Part shown: positions 38,474-48,300 of the stretch, in pieces | Layout: each line of letters starts with the position of its first letter | Position numbering within the stretch: the stretch's first letter is position 1 | Assembly (NCBI GenBank): GCA_964528895.1 | Contig: CAZGTY010000005.1 | Location: 245 to 64,244, forward strand | Length of the DNA stretch: 64,000 nt | Direction of reading: 5' to 3' | Origin: an uncultured Blautia sp. | GTDB lineage: Bacteria; Bacillota; Clostridia; Lachnospirales; Lachnospiraceae | The notes under the pieces: model-generated | The model's input: only the letters and a program-made list of their open reading frames with translations | Told to the model about the DNA's origin: nothing | Databases searched by the model: none | Program-made: the position numbers and the translations under genes

Positions 38474-39907
38474 CTAAACGTTAATCTCGACTTTTACGCC
38501 AAGCAGCTCCCTGTGGGATTCCAGCATGGGATTTACCACCTTATCAAGGAACGCTGCGGTCTGCTCGCCGGCCCTTCCCACGTATCTGGACGGATCCATG
38601 GTTTTTTTCAGCTCTTCCTGCGTAAGATTGAACGCCGGATCGGCAGCGATCAGCTCCAGGAGATTATTATCCAGACCCTCTGCCTTCACATTGCGTCCTG
38701 CCTCCATGGACAGCTCGCGAATGCGCTCATGCAGCTCCTGACGGTCGCCTCCGGCCTTGACCGCGTCCATCATGATGTTTTCCGTAGCCATAAAGGGCAG
38801 CTCGGACATCAGCCGTTTTTCAATGACCTTCGGATAAACCACCAGGCCGTCCACCACATTCAGACAAAGATCCAGAATACCGTCAATGGCAAGAAATCCC
38901 TCCGGAATACTCAGGCGCTTGTTTGCGGAGTCGTCCAACGTTCTCTCAAACCATTGCGTCGCGGAGGTGATCGCCGGATTCAGTGCGTCTATCATCACAT
39001 ACCGGGACAGGGAAGCGATCCTCTCGCTTCTCATGGGATTTCTCTTATATGCCATCGCAGAAGAACCGATCTGGGATTTCTCAAAGGGCTCCTCCACCTC
39101 TTTCAGATGCTGAAGAAGCCGGATGTCATTCGACATCTTATGGGCGCTGGCCGCAATGCCTGCCAGAATATTCATCACCCTGGTATCGACCTTGCGCGAG
39201 TAGGTCTGTCCGGAAACCGGATAGCACTCCCGAAACCCCATCTTCTCCGCGATCATTGGATCGATCTTATCGATGGTCTCCTGGTCGCCGTCGAACAGTT
39301 CCAAAAAGCTCGCCTGGGTACCGGTGGTTCCCTTGGAGCCAAGCAGCTTCATGGTGCCAAGCACATATTCCAAATCCTCCAGATCCATCATAAATTCCTG
39401 CGTCCAGAGTGTGGCGCGCTTTCCCACCGTGGTGGGCTGCGCAGGCTGGAAATGCGTAAAGGCAAGGGTGGGCTGATCCTTATACTGGTCGGCGAACTTT
39501 GCAAGCTCCGCGATTACGTTTACCAGTTTTTTGCGCACCAGCTTCAACGCTTCAGTCATCACAATAATATCGGTATTATCGCCCACATAGCAGGAGGTTG
39601 CCCCCAGATGGATGATTCCCTTTGCCTTCGGGCACTGTACGCCGTAGGCATACACATGGGACATCACATCGTGACGCACCTGGCGTTCCCGCTCTTTCGC
39701 CACGTCATAGTTAATATCCTCCGCATGGGCCTTCAGTTCGTCAATCTGCTCCTGGGTAATATTCAGGCCCAGCTCCTTTTCCGTCTCCGCCAGAGCGATC
39801 CACAGCTTTCTCCATGTGCGGAACTTCATATCCGGAGAAAAAATATACTGCATCTCTTTGCTGGCATAGCGCTCAGATAAGGGGCTTACATATCTGTCCG
39901 TACTCAT
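38474..39907 (-). CDS. purB: Adenylosuccinate lyase
   Basis: RHDVMSH, FTHFQPAQPTT, GSSAMAYKRNPMRSE. Confidence 0.97.
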   Translation of the reverse strand: MSTDRYVSPLSERYASKEMQYIFSPDMKFRTWRKLWIALAETEKELGLNITQEQIDELKAHAEDINYDVAKERERQVRHDVMSHVYAYGVQCPKAKGIIHLGATSCYVGDNTDIIVMTEALKLVRKKLVNVIAELAKFADQYKDQPTLAFTHFQPAQPTTVGKRATLWTQEFMMDLEDLEYVLGTMKLLGSKGTTGTQASFLELFDGDQETIDKIDPMIAEKMGFRECYPVSGQTYSRKVDTRVMNILAGIAASAHKMSNDIRLLQHLKEVEEPFEKSQIGSSAMAYKRNPMRSERIASLSRYVMIDALNPAITSATQWFERTLDDSANKRLSIPEGFLAIDGILDLCLNVVDGLVVYPKVIEKRLMSELPFMATENIMMDAVKAGGDRQELHERIRELSMEAGRNVKAEGLDNNLLELIAADPAFNLTQEELKKTMDPSRYVGRAGEQTAAFLDKVVNPMLESHRELLGVKVEINV

Positions 39908-39916
39908 GCTCTTCTC

Positions 39917-40627
39917 CTATTGATCCAGTCCAAGACGATGGAACACCTCATTGTATGCTTCTTCCACATTGCCCAGGTCGCGTCTGAAACGGTCCTTATC
40001 CAGCTTCTCATTCGTCTCCACATCCCACAGGCGGCAGGTATCCGGAGATACCTCGTCAGCCAGAAGGATCTGCCCGTGGAAACGTCCGAATTCGATCTTA
40101 AAGTCAATGAGCTTCATACCCGCGTTCAGGAAGTACTCTTTCATAATCTCATTCACCTTCAGAGTATAGCTTCTGATCTGATCGATTTCCTCCTGAGTTG
40201 CCAGGCCCAGAGCCAGAGCATAATCGTCATTGATGAACGGATCGCCCAGAGCGTCGTTTTTGTAGCTGAATTCAAGAATGGGGCAGAGAAGCTGTCTTCC
40301 CTCTTCTACGCCCATTCTCCTGGAAAAGCTTCCGGCTGCCACGTTGCGGATGATAACCTCCAGCGGTACAATATCCACCTTTTTAACGGCAGTCTCTCTA
40401 TCATTTAATTCTTCGATGAAATGTGTCGGGATACCGGCAGCCTCAAACTTCCGGAAAACAAGGTTTGTCATACGGTTATTGATCGCACCTTTGCCGACGA
40501 TGGTTCCTCTTTTTTCGCCGTTAAATGCGGTAGCGTCATCTTTATAGCTGACGATCACCACATCCGGATCATCGGTGGCAAAAACCTTTTTGGCCTTTCC
40601 TTCATAAAGCTGTTCTTTTTTCTCCAT
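39917..40627 (-). CDS. purC: SAICAR synthetase
   Basis: [46 protein letters not shown]; alternative GTG start at 40636. Confidence 0.97.
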   Translation of the reverse strand: MEKKEQLYEGKAKKVFATDDPDVVIVSYKDDATAFNGEKRGTIVGKGAINNRMTNLVFRKFEAAGIPTHFIEELNDRETAVKKVDIVPLEVIIRNVAAGSFSRRMGVEEGRQLLCPILEFSYKNDALGDPFINDDYALALGLATQEEIDQIRSYTLKVNEIMKEYFLNAGMKLIDFKIEFGRFHGQILLADEVSPDTCRLWDVETNEKLDKDRFRRDLGNVEEAYNEVFHRLGLDQ

Positions 40628-40720
40628 ATATTTCACCAGTTCCTTTCATCATATGATACCAGGAGCAAAGAGGCCAAAATACCTTTTGATCCCAACATCA
40701 CGATATTTATGCGCACAAAA

Positions 40721-40749
40721 ATTATACATCATAAGCGTTTCAAAAGCAA
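40721..40749 (-). promoter_or_regulatory. Sigma-A promoter for purC-purB-purA
   Basis: TTGCTT-N17-TATAAT. Confidence 0.65.
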
Positions 40750-40797
40750 CACAAAAACCGCTGGATGAACGCCTGTTCCGTTATGAAAATTTACGAT

Positions 40798-41583
40798 TTA
40801 TCCCTGGGTAAATCTGGACAGGAACTGACGGGTCCGCTCTTCCCTGGGATTTTCGAATACCTGATGAGGATCTCCCCTCTCAAGGATGTAACCGTCATCC
40901 ATGAAAATAACCTGATTTGCCACATCCCTGGCAAAGGCCATCTCATGTGTGACAATGATCATTGTCGTATTTTTGTCCGCAAGCTCCCTGATAACTCTCA
41001 GCACCTCCCCGGTCAGCTCCGGATCCAGCGCGGAGGTGGGCTCGTCAAAGCAGAGAATATCCGGTTTCAGCGCCAGGGCACGGGCAATGGCCACCCTCTG
41101 GCACTGGCCGCCAGACAACTGATGGGGATAATTGTTCATCCGATTGTCCAGCCCCATCTGCTTCAGAAGGCTCTCCGCCTGAGCGCGGATCTCCTCCTGG
41201 ATCTCTTTTTTTCTTTCCTTATAGCCCGGGCTTTCCTTTGCAAGAAGCTGCTTTGCCAGCATCACGTTTTCCAGTGCAGTATACTGCGGAAACAGATTAA
41301 AGGACTGGAACACGAGGCCAAAATGGAGCCGTTTCCTGCGGATGGAGGATTCCTGCTGAGTGGAGGGATCCTCCGAGTCAAACAAGGTCTGTCCGTTTAC
41401 ACGTATGATCCCTTTATCCGGACGCTCCAGAAAATTCAGGCATCGCAGGAGCGTGGTTTTTCCGCTTCCCGAGGAACCGATAATGGAAACCACCTGTCCC
41501 TGCTCCAGAGAAAAGCTGATATCCTTCAGAACTTCGGTCCGATTAAAAGATTTGCATATATGTTCCGCTTCTAAAATAGCCAT
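40798..41583 (-). CDS. Polar amino-acid ABC transporter ATP-binding protein
   Basis: GSSGSGKTT, LSGGQCQRVAIARAL, FDEPTSALDPEL, VTHEMAFA. Confidence 0.95.
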   Translation of the reverse strand: MAILEAEHICKSFNRTEVLKDISFSLEQGQVVSIIGSSGSGKTTLLRCLNFLERPDKGIIRVNGQTLFDSEDPSTQQESSIRRKRLHFGLVFQSFNLFPQYTALENVMLAKQLLAKESPGYKERKKEIQEEIRAQAESLLKQMGLDNRMNNYPHQLSGGQCQRVAIARALALKPDILCFDEPTSALDPELTGEVLRVIRELADKNTTMIIVTHEMAFARDVANQVIFMDDGYILERGDPHQVFENPREERTRQFLSRFTQG

Positions 41584-41594
41584 CTTTGCTCCTC

Positions 41595-42281
41595 CTATCT
41601 GAAATAATCCAGTCTTTTCTCCAGATGTCCGAGAAGGACCGTCAGGATACCATTGAAAATAAGATAATACACCGCCGTAAAAAACAGCGGCCATATGGCG
41701 CCGGAAATGCCCTGCGATCCCTTCAAAAACGCCTGCCCGGCCCAGATGATCTCCTGTAATGCGATAATTCGGGCGAGAGAGGTATCCTTTACCAGAGTGA
41801 TGATCTCATTGGACATGGGCGGAACAATGCGCTTGATCATCTGAAGCAGCTTGATCTTAAAAAATATCTGGCGTTTCGTCATGCCAAGCACCAGACCGGC
41901 TTCCTCCTGTCCCACAGGGACTCCCTGAATACCGCCCCGGTAAATCTCGGAGAAATAGCAGGAATAATTCAGAATAAAGGAACATGACGCAGCCAGAAAA
42001 CGCCCGGACTCTGTGCCTCCCCATATGGGATTATGCAGCACCAGCCCCGGAAAATAATAAATGATCAGAAGCTGGATCATAAGAGGTGTGCCGCGGATGA
42101 TCCACACAATCAGCTTTGTAAAATAGCTCAGTGGCCTGAATCGGGACATGGAACCGAAACAGATGATCAGTCCCAGAGGGAACGCGCCGATCAGGGTTAC
42201 AAAAAATAGTTTTAATGTTTGTAGAAAACCGATATTCAGTGAGCGAATGACAACCGGCATCTGCTGCATGACCTGTTCCAT
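41595..42281 (-). CDS. Polar amino-acid ABC transporter permease
   Basis: RGTPLMIQL, SEIYRGGIQGVPVGQEEA, LVKDTSL. Confidence 0.94.
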   Translation of the reverse strand: MEQVMQQMPVVIRSLNIGFLQTLKLFFVTLIGAFPLGLIICFGSMSRFRPLSYFTKLIVWIIRGTPLMIQLLIIYYFPGLVLHNPIWGGTESGRFLAASCSFILNYSCYFSEIYRGGIQGVPVGQEEAGLVLGMTKRQIFFKIKLLQMIKRIVPPMSNEIITLVKDTSLARIIALQEIIWAGQAFLKGSQGISGAIWPLFFTAVYYLIFNGILTVLLGHLEKRLDYFR

Positions 42282-42316
42282 AAAAAATCCTGCTTTCTTT
42301 AAAATTCTAAAGCCTG

Positions 42317-42350
42317 AAAAATAGAGAGCGGGGAAACCGCCCTCTATTTT
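42317..42350. terminator. Stem-loop between SBP and permease genes
   Basis: AAAATAGAGaGCGG-ggaaa-CCGCcCTCTATTTT. Confidence 0.6.
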
Positions 42351-42385
42351 ATTTAATGTTCATTTTTTATTATTTATACTTCCCT

Positions 42386-43174
42386 TTATTTCTGCTCGAT
42401 CAGGGCATCCTGAACGCCGTATTTCTCAGCGCATTCCAGCATGCTCCCGTCTGCATAGCTTTCAACAAAAAACGTATTCAGAGCTTCTGCAAGGTCGGAG
42501 CCTTTACGGAAGCCTACGCCATATTCCTCACTGTTCAGCTCCACGGTGTGTGTGAGCTGCTCATAGCCTGTTCCCTCGCCGATCATGGCTGCCGCCATCA
42601 AAAGATCGATAACCGCTGCGTCCGATGTGCCCGCAGATACTTCCATAAGTGCATCCGCCTGTGCTTTTACAGGCGTACACGCCAGCCCCAGAGCGGTTAC
42701 CTCAGCTTCTCCAGCGCTTCCTGCCTCAACAGCAAAATTCAGATCCTGCAGGCTGTCCGTATCCTGATACTGGTCCGCCTCGTCTGCCGGTACGACAACT
42801 ACCTGCGCGTTCTTACAATACGCATTTGAGCATTCCATAGCGCTGATCACTTCATCTGTAAGCGTCATGCCGTTCCATACACAGTCGATAGTCTGACCGT
42901 CCAGCTCCAGGACTTTATTATCCCAGTCGATCTCCACGAACTCAACATCCACGCCCAGACTCTCTGCAAAGGCCTTCGCCATATCCGCGTCGAAGCCGAC
43001 CCAGTCGTCGCTTCCTTCTTCTTTATAATCCATAGGCGCAAACTCCGTGATGCCTACAACAAGAGTTCCTTTATCCTGTACATATGCCGTGTCGCTGTCC
43101 TCAGCCGCATATACGCCTGCAGCCATGGATAAGATCATCGTGGTGGTTAAAGCAAATGAAATTAATTTTCTCAT
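42386..43174 (-). CDS. Polar amino-acid ABC transporter substrate-binding protein
   Basis: GFDADMA, EIDWD, DCVWNGMT, EEYGVGFRKG; SPase-I-type signal peptide. Confidence 0.93.
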   Translation of the reverse strand: MRKLISFALTTTMILSMAAGVYAAEDSDTAYVQDKGTLVVGITEFAPMDYKEEGSDDWVGFDADMAKAFAESLGVDVEFVEIDWDNKVLELDGQTIDCVWNGMTLTDEVISAMECSNAYCKNAQVVVVPADEADQYQDTDSLQDLNFAVEAGSAGEAEVTALGLACTPVKAQADALMEVSAGTSDAAVIDLLMAAAMIGEGTGYEQLTHTVELNSEEYGVGFRKGSDLAEALNTFFVESYADGSMLECAEKYGVQDALIEQK

Positions 43175-43222
43175 ATTATCTTTATCTCCTCGCTTATAAT
43201 TAAAATAATTGAACACGCTACA

Positions 43223-43251
43223 ATATTACCAATTTACCAAGCGAAAGTCAA
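43223..43251 (-). promoter_or_regulatory. Sigma-A promoter for the amino-acid ABC operon
   Basis: TTGACT-N17-TAATAT. Confidence 0.6.
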
Positions 43252-43285
43252 CAGAAAAATTGCATTTTATTATTTTCCCCGCAGC

Positions 43286-43328
43286 GATGGGCTCCTCCCG
43301 CACCCACCGGGTGCGGGAGGAGCCCATC
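43286..43328. terminator. Perfect 20-bp inverted repeat after the three-gene operon
   Basis: GATGGGCTCCTCCCGCACCC-acc-GGGTGCGGGAGGAGCCCATC. Confidence 0.7.
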
Positions 43329-43336
43329 ATCTTTTT

Positions 43337-44119
43337 TCATGAGCCCGTGCTTCTGTGATACTCCTGCGCAAAATTTTTCAGGAGTTCATCCACATGCTGG
43401 GAGTACACGGGAATCTCCGGTTTTTTCGCAAACCGGCCGAGGGACTCGTCGATCTCCCGGCGGATGACGTCGCTCACTTCCAGTTCCTCCAGACAGCTCT
43501 CATATTCGATGGGCGTGCGGATACTCCGAAAGGCCAGAAGATAACACTTCAGCGCCTTTTCATCCTTCCCGCACTCATAAGCCCTCCGAAAACAATCCGC
43601 CGCCTTTTCCATCTGAAACAGATAGCTGTATGCACAGCCCTCATTGTGATAAATATTCTCCTTCAGGCTCCCGTCTTCCTCCTCCAGCTCCTTCCGCCCC
43701 AGAAGGCTTTCATATATCCGGATAGCGCTGACATACATGCCATTTTCCGCCAGAGAATCCGCTTTCCGTTTTTCCCTGACAAGAGGGCTTTCCGAATCAT
43801 ACATGCGAATCTGCCGGTTCAGTCCCTTCAATTCATCATAGCTCAGATAATTGATCTCCTTAAATATGGGGTAGAGGACATCCTGAACACTGGAAAACCT
43901 GCCTGCCTTTACCCGCAGCTTTTCCGCCAGCTCCGGCAGCTCCAGCTCACGCCGGAGCCACCGGCACAGCCCGTCGTTCATAATGGTCTCGTCCACCAGA
44001 TAGAGATTATGATACAGATAGTAGCACAACTCCTCCAGGGAATAAATATTGCTGCTGATATTCTCTATATAATAGGGCTCCCCGGCCTTTTTCGTCTGAC
44101 ATAAAATATATCCGCTCAT
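43337..44119 (-). CDS. Conserved hypothetical protein with TPR-like C-terminal half
   Basis: IYSLEELCYYLYHN; KADSL...AIRIYESLL and IYHNEGCAYSYLFQMEKAADCFRRAY helical repeats; RBS AAGGGAG. Confidence 0.75.
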   Translation of the reverse strand: MSGYILCQTKKAGEPYYIENISSNIYSLEELCYYLYHNLYLVDETIMNDGLCRWLRRELELPELAEKLRVKAGRFSSVQDVLYPIFKEINYLSYDELKGLNRQIRMYDSESPLVREKRKADSLAENGMYVSAIRIYESLLGRKELEEEDGSLKENIYHNEGCAYSYLFQMEKAADCFRRAYECGKDEKALKCYLLAFRSIRTPIEYESCLEELEVSDVIRREIDESLGRFAKKPEIPVYSQHVDELLKNFAQEYHRSTGS

Positions 44120-44132
44120 CGCATCTCCCTTC

Positions 44133-45380
44133 TCACCAGCGCGCCGTCTCTTTCCAGACCTTTCCACTCGCCGGGTACATTTCCCCAAAACCAAGATCTC
44201 TCACCGTAATACTGCATTCTCTGGGTGAAACATATTGCAGTTCAAGAGAGAGCCGGGTGGTTTTATTCGGCCGCACAGGCAGGCCCGGCAAAGCCATGGA
44301 TACCCGCTTTTTCTCACTTTCTCCCAATTCGCTGATAATGAATACCAGTTCTTTCGCATCATCCAGAATAAGCTCACAGCCGCCCCGGCTCTCATACCAG
44401 TTATTTCCGGCGGGAACCAGGCAATGATATGCCGGCGCGCCCATGATCTTCATGTCCATGCCGATCTCCGCACTCACCAGCGCATCTCCCAGGTAACGGT
44501 AGTTCTTCAGGGATTTCTTTTCCAGCTTTTCCACTCCGGCCAGACAAGCCCCCTTTGCAAACAGATTGTTTCCAAAATATACCTTTCGTTTCTGATAGCA
44601 CAGCATACGGACGGATTTCTTCGCCCACTCCTGGTCAAAGCCCGTACCGGTCATCTGAACGCTGGAATACATATCCTTCCCCATGGTTTTCCGGATAAAA
44701 TCACAGAAGTCCTCATCCCGCTCTTCTCTGCCGCTGCGAAGGGAAGCTGTCTGAGGCTCGCTCAGCTCGATAAGTGTAGATTTTACACCCGGCTTTCTGG
44801 CCAGACGGCGGAAGGTTACACCCGCCTCCGTGAAGGAATACCAGGCGACGCACCGGCTCCACGTCTCGATCTTCTGGCTCAGCACATAGTAATAAAAGCT
44901 TTCCCCATAATCCAGGAGCATACACTTTTCCGGCGGAAAACCTATAAACCCACACGCCTTCTGAAGATTGGATACCTGCACGCGATCCAGCGCGGGCATA
45001 ACGATAATCAGGCATTTGGTATTTTTTACAAGATCCACCACGCCCATAAATTTCAGCATCCCCTTCAGGAAAATAGCCGCCAGCTCCCATGGGGCTTTCT
45101 CATCGCCCCCTGTTTTGACCGTTTCTTCACTCTTGCAGATATCATAGAGATTCCCTACGGCCAGACCGTCTTTTTCTCTGGAAAAATATTCCGCCTCCAC
45201 GCCCACGCAGTACTCTCCGTGCTCCGGGCGGTAGCAGAGACAGGTGGGCGCCTCAAACAGGCTTCCGCCCACCTTCATGGAAACAGAGCGGGCCTCATCA
45301 GCCTTGCGGTCATAATAACATATCTGGGAGATCTCCCTGCCAATATCAATTCCAATTATCAAATCCCGGATTTCGTTCAT
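44133..45380 (-). CDS. DUF5716-like divergent Hsp70/actin-fold protein
   Basis: N-terminal IIGIDIG; SSVQMTGTGF; FAKGAC; C-terminal LPGLPVRPNKTTRLSLEL...TVRDLGFG. Confidence 0.7.
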   Translation of the reverse strand: MNEIRDLIIGIDIGREISQICYYDRKADEARSVSMKVGGSLFEAPTCLCYRPEHGEYCVGVEAEYFSREKDGLAVGNLYDICKSEETVKTGGDEKAPWELAAIFLKGMLKFMGVVDLVKNTKCLIIVMPALDRVQVSNLQKACGFIGFPPEKCMLLDYGESFYYYVLSQKIETWSRCVAWYSFTEAGVTFRRLARKPGVKSTLIELSEPQTASLRSGREERDEDFCDFIRKTMGKDMYSSVQMTGTGFDQEWAKKSVRMLCYQKRKVYFGNNLFAKGACLAGVEKLEKKSLKNYRYLGDALVSAEIGMDMKIMGAPAYHCLVPAGNNWYESRGGCELILDDAKELVFIISELGESEKKRVSMALPGLPVRPNKTTRLSLELQYVSPRECSITVRDLGFGEMYPASGKVWKETARW

Positions 45381-48300
45381 TTTTCGCTTTCCTTCTCAAT
45401 GACAAACATTTCTTTTACATACTGTTCCTGGCGGAGATACTGCTTTATCTTCGCCTGCACTTCCTCGCTGCGGCCCAGACGCCTTGCAGCCATAATCTGA
45501 TTCAAAAGCTGGTATTTGCTCATGGGGGCGCCCTCCACCTTATTCATGGTAATCACGCGCTCGGCTGTTTTTTTCGGGCCGGACGGGCCCTGCACCACGA
45601 AATAATAATGCAGAGACTCTCCATAAAACATTGTGAAGGTCTTTGTAAAGATTCCCTCAAAGGTATTCTTAAGAGGCTCGCTCTTATAGGAACGTTCCCC
45701 GCCCAGTCCAGTATCCAGAGCATAGTACAGAGTTACAGTATTCACAGGATTGGTGTGATACTCCAGGAATATCTTATCATCCAGCTGACAGGGGCTCAGA
45801 AGCCTCGAAGGGAGCTTGCGGAAAAAGGAAAAAACAAGGCCGTCCCTCTGACATTCCGCCAGAAGCTCCTCCTTCATCTTATAATATCTTCCCTTTGCAT
45901 CCTTCTGTTTCACAATATTTTTAAAGAGGGCCATTCTGCAGATGCGGTTTACCGGCCATTTGTTTTCATAGGCATATTCCAGACGCTGGCGCACATAAGC
46001 GCTCATCGGATATTCCTTTACGAAAATGCCATAGGATATCTGCGTGAGGTAAGCCCCCACAATACGCTCTTTTCCGGAATGCTCCACATAGGCTTCCAGA
46101 ATCTGTTCCCCTTCCTTCCGGTAATCGCAGGTAAACATAAGAAGCTCCAGTATTTTTTCTTCCAGATCATAGGTGTCCATGTCAAAGCCCCTGGCGCTTT
46201 TCCAGATGGAGATCAGCTCTTCCACCGGTCCGTTCCGGTACTGCATCAGATACCGGAGCACCGTCTCATCGTATTTTCCCAGTCTGAAAGCCCGGGAAGC
46301 CCAGGCGAGCAGCACGGCGTCCTCCTCCTGCCGGCGCTCCATGATCATGCGGCTGGTAAGCTTCAAAAAGCTGCTGTCCTCAAGCTCCTCACAACCGTAT
46401 TTTGCCGCCAGCTCCGCCGCCTGATGGAACAATCTTCTGGATATCAGAACCTCCAGAAGGGTTTTCAGATCCACCGGCGCATATTCAGAATAATCCATAT
46501 TTTTCAGATATTCATCCAGTTCTTCTCCACAGGCATCGGACGCATAGTAATTCAGGATGTCCCTGCGCACTGATTCCCGATAAGCGTCCGTCATTCCAAA
46601 GGCGCCGGACAGCTTCTGAAAGATCTCCAGATTATCCACCTGGATCCGGTTATTTTCACAATAATGAAGAAGCAGAGCCGGATCCTCCACGCCAATCTTC
46701 AAAAGTCTGGGAACCAGCTGCCTTCCGTCCATAAGCGGAGTGATATTATAGTCCACAGTCGCCGTATATCTGCGCTGCTTATCATCCTGGAAGAGAATGA
46801 CCGCATCCGGCGTATAAAGCCTCGGATAAGCGATCCCCCTCCTGCAGGGATAAACCTCCTCCTGCTCCATCTGGCTATGGCGCACGATCACCTGATGTAT
46901 ATGGCTGTTATCACAGTAGACACGGAAGGTAAAAAGCTTATCCGTTATGGCCCGGGCTTCCTCCATATCCTCCGGTTCGCTGAAAAATTCCTGATAAAGG
47001 ACTGCATAATTCTCATCCAGCCTTCCCTGTTCCAGCCCCTTTCCGGCAAATGCCCTTATATTTTCCCTGCAGGAACGATAAATCTCGGGTTCCTGCTCCT
47101 TACGGCCGACAATTCCCGCATACAGATAGGCCTTTTTCCCCTCGGCCAGCGTATTATCATTATATGTAAAATACATGAGAAGCTGTTTCGGCATTTCCTG
47201 CTGGTAAGATGTGTCCATGGTCTCCACATAATATTCATAGAGCCTGGTAATACGCAGTCCGTGCTCCACCGCCCGGGAAAACCACAAAAAATATTCCGGC
47301 TTTCTCGGGTCGTCCTTTATGATGTATTTACAGATGGCCTCCAGCACCTCATCAGATGGATATTTTTCATATCCCATGGAAAGCGCCCGGTAAAGCGTAC
47401 GGTTAAAGCTTTTCTCAAAGCTTGAGAGATAGGCCGCCCTGTTCAGCAGATCCTCCGTCAGTAATCCCCGTCTGGCGGCATAGTAAAATACCTGAGCCCA
47501 GAAACCTCCCAGCCGGTGAAGCAGGGAAGGATCGCCGGAGATCTTATCCCAGGCCTCCTGATAGAGCAGCGGATGAATACAGCCCCTGTCAAACTGCTGC
47601 TTCATCTGATATACCGCCTGGGCCGGAGAAATCTCATATGCTTTATCCATACGGAGATTCAGGTAAAAGAGAAGAAAGCTGTCCTCCTTCTGAATAAAGA
47701 AATCCCGTAAACGGGCGAGAGCCTGTTCGCGATCCGGAAACATTCCCGTAATGACGCAAAGATACAGGTATGCCCCGGCAAGCTCCAGCTCGTCCACCGT
47801 AAAGATTCTGTCCCGGTATTTCTCCAGGATCGTTTTCGCAGCGTCGATACGGCCCTCCTGACACAGCACGTACGCCTCCAGCAGATGGTATTCCGTATAA
47901 TCAAAGCCCTCCTGTATCAGCCGGTGAATGGCCCGGATGCTTATATCAGCCCAGTTTTCCAGTGTGCAGCGGCCGCTTCGATAATCCAGATATTTATGGT
48001 ACAGGTCTAATCTGCAGCGCTTTTCCACCATCCGCACGTTTACCTGCGCCCGGGGATTTTTTGATGCAAGCACATGATAAACCACTTCTTCATAAGGGCT
48101 TCGCACAATGATCTCGCCGGTATGAACGCCCCGGCCCATCCTGTCGCTGTGCACTATATAGTCAACCCGGCAGGCGCTTCCAATAAAATCATCATCTGTC
48201 ACCGTCTGCTGGAACACTTCCAGGAACTCCCCCCGGCACTCTATTTCCAGCCGAAGATGTCCCCATCCGCTTCTCTGTATGATAAAGGATTCCTGTATGT

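Noticed and set aside
40727-40743. cre-like TGAAACGCTTA in the purC promoter
   Set aside because: Does not fit the 14-bp cre spacing or symmetry
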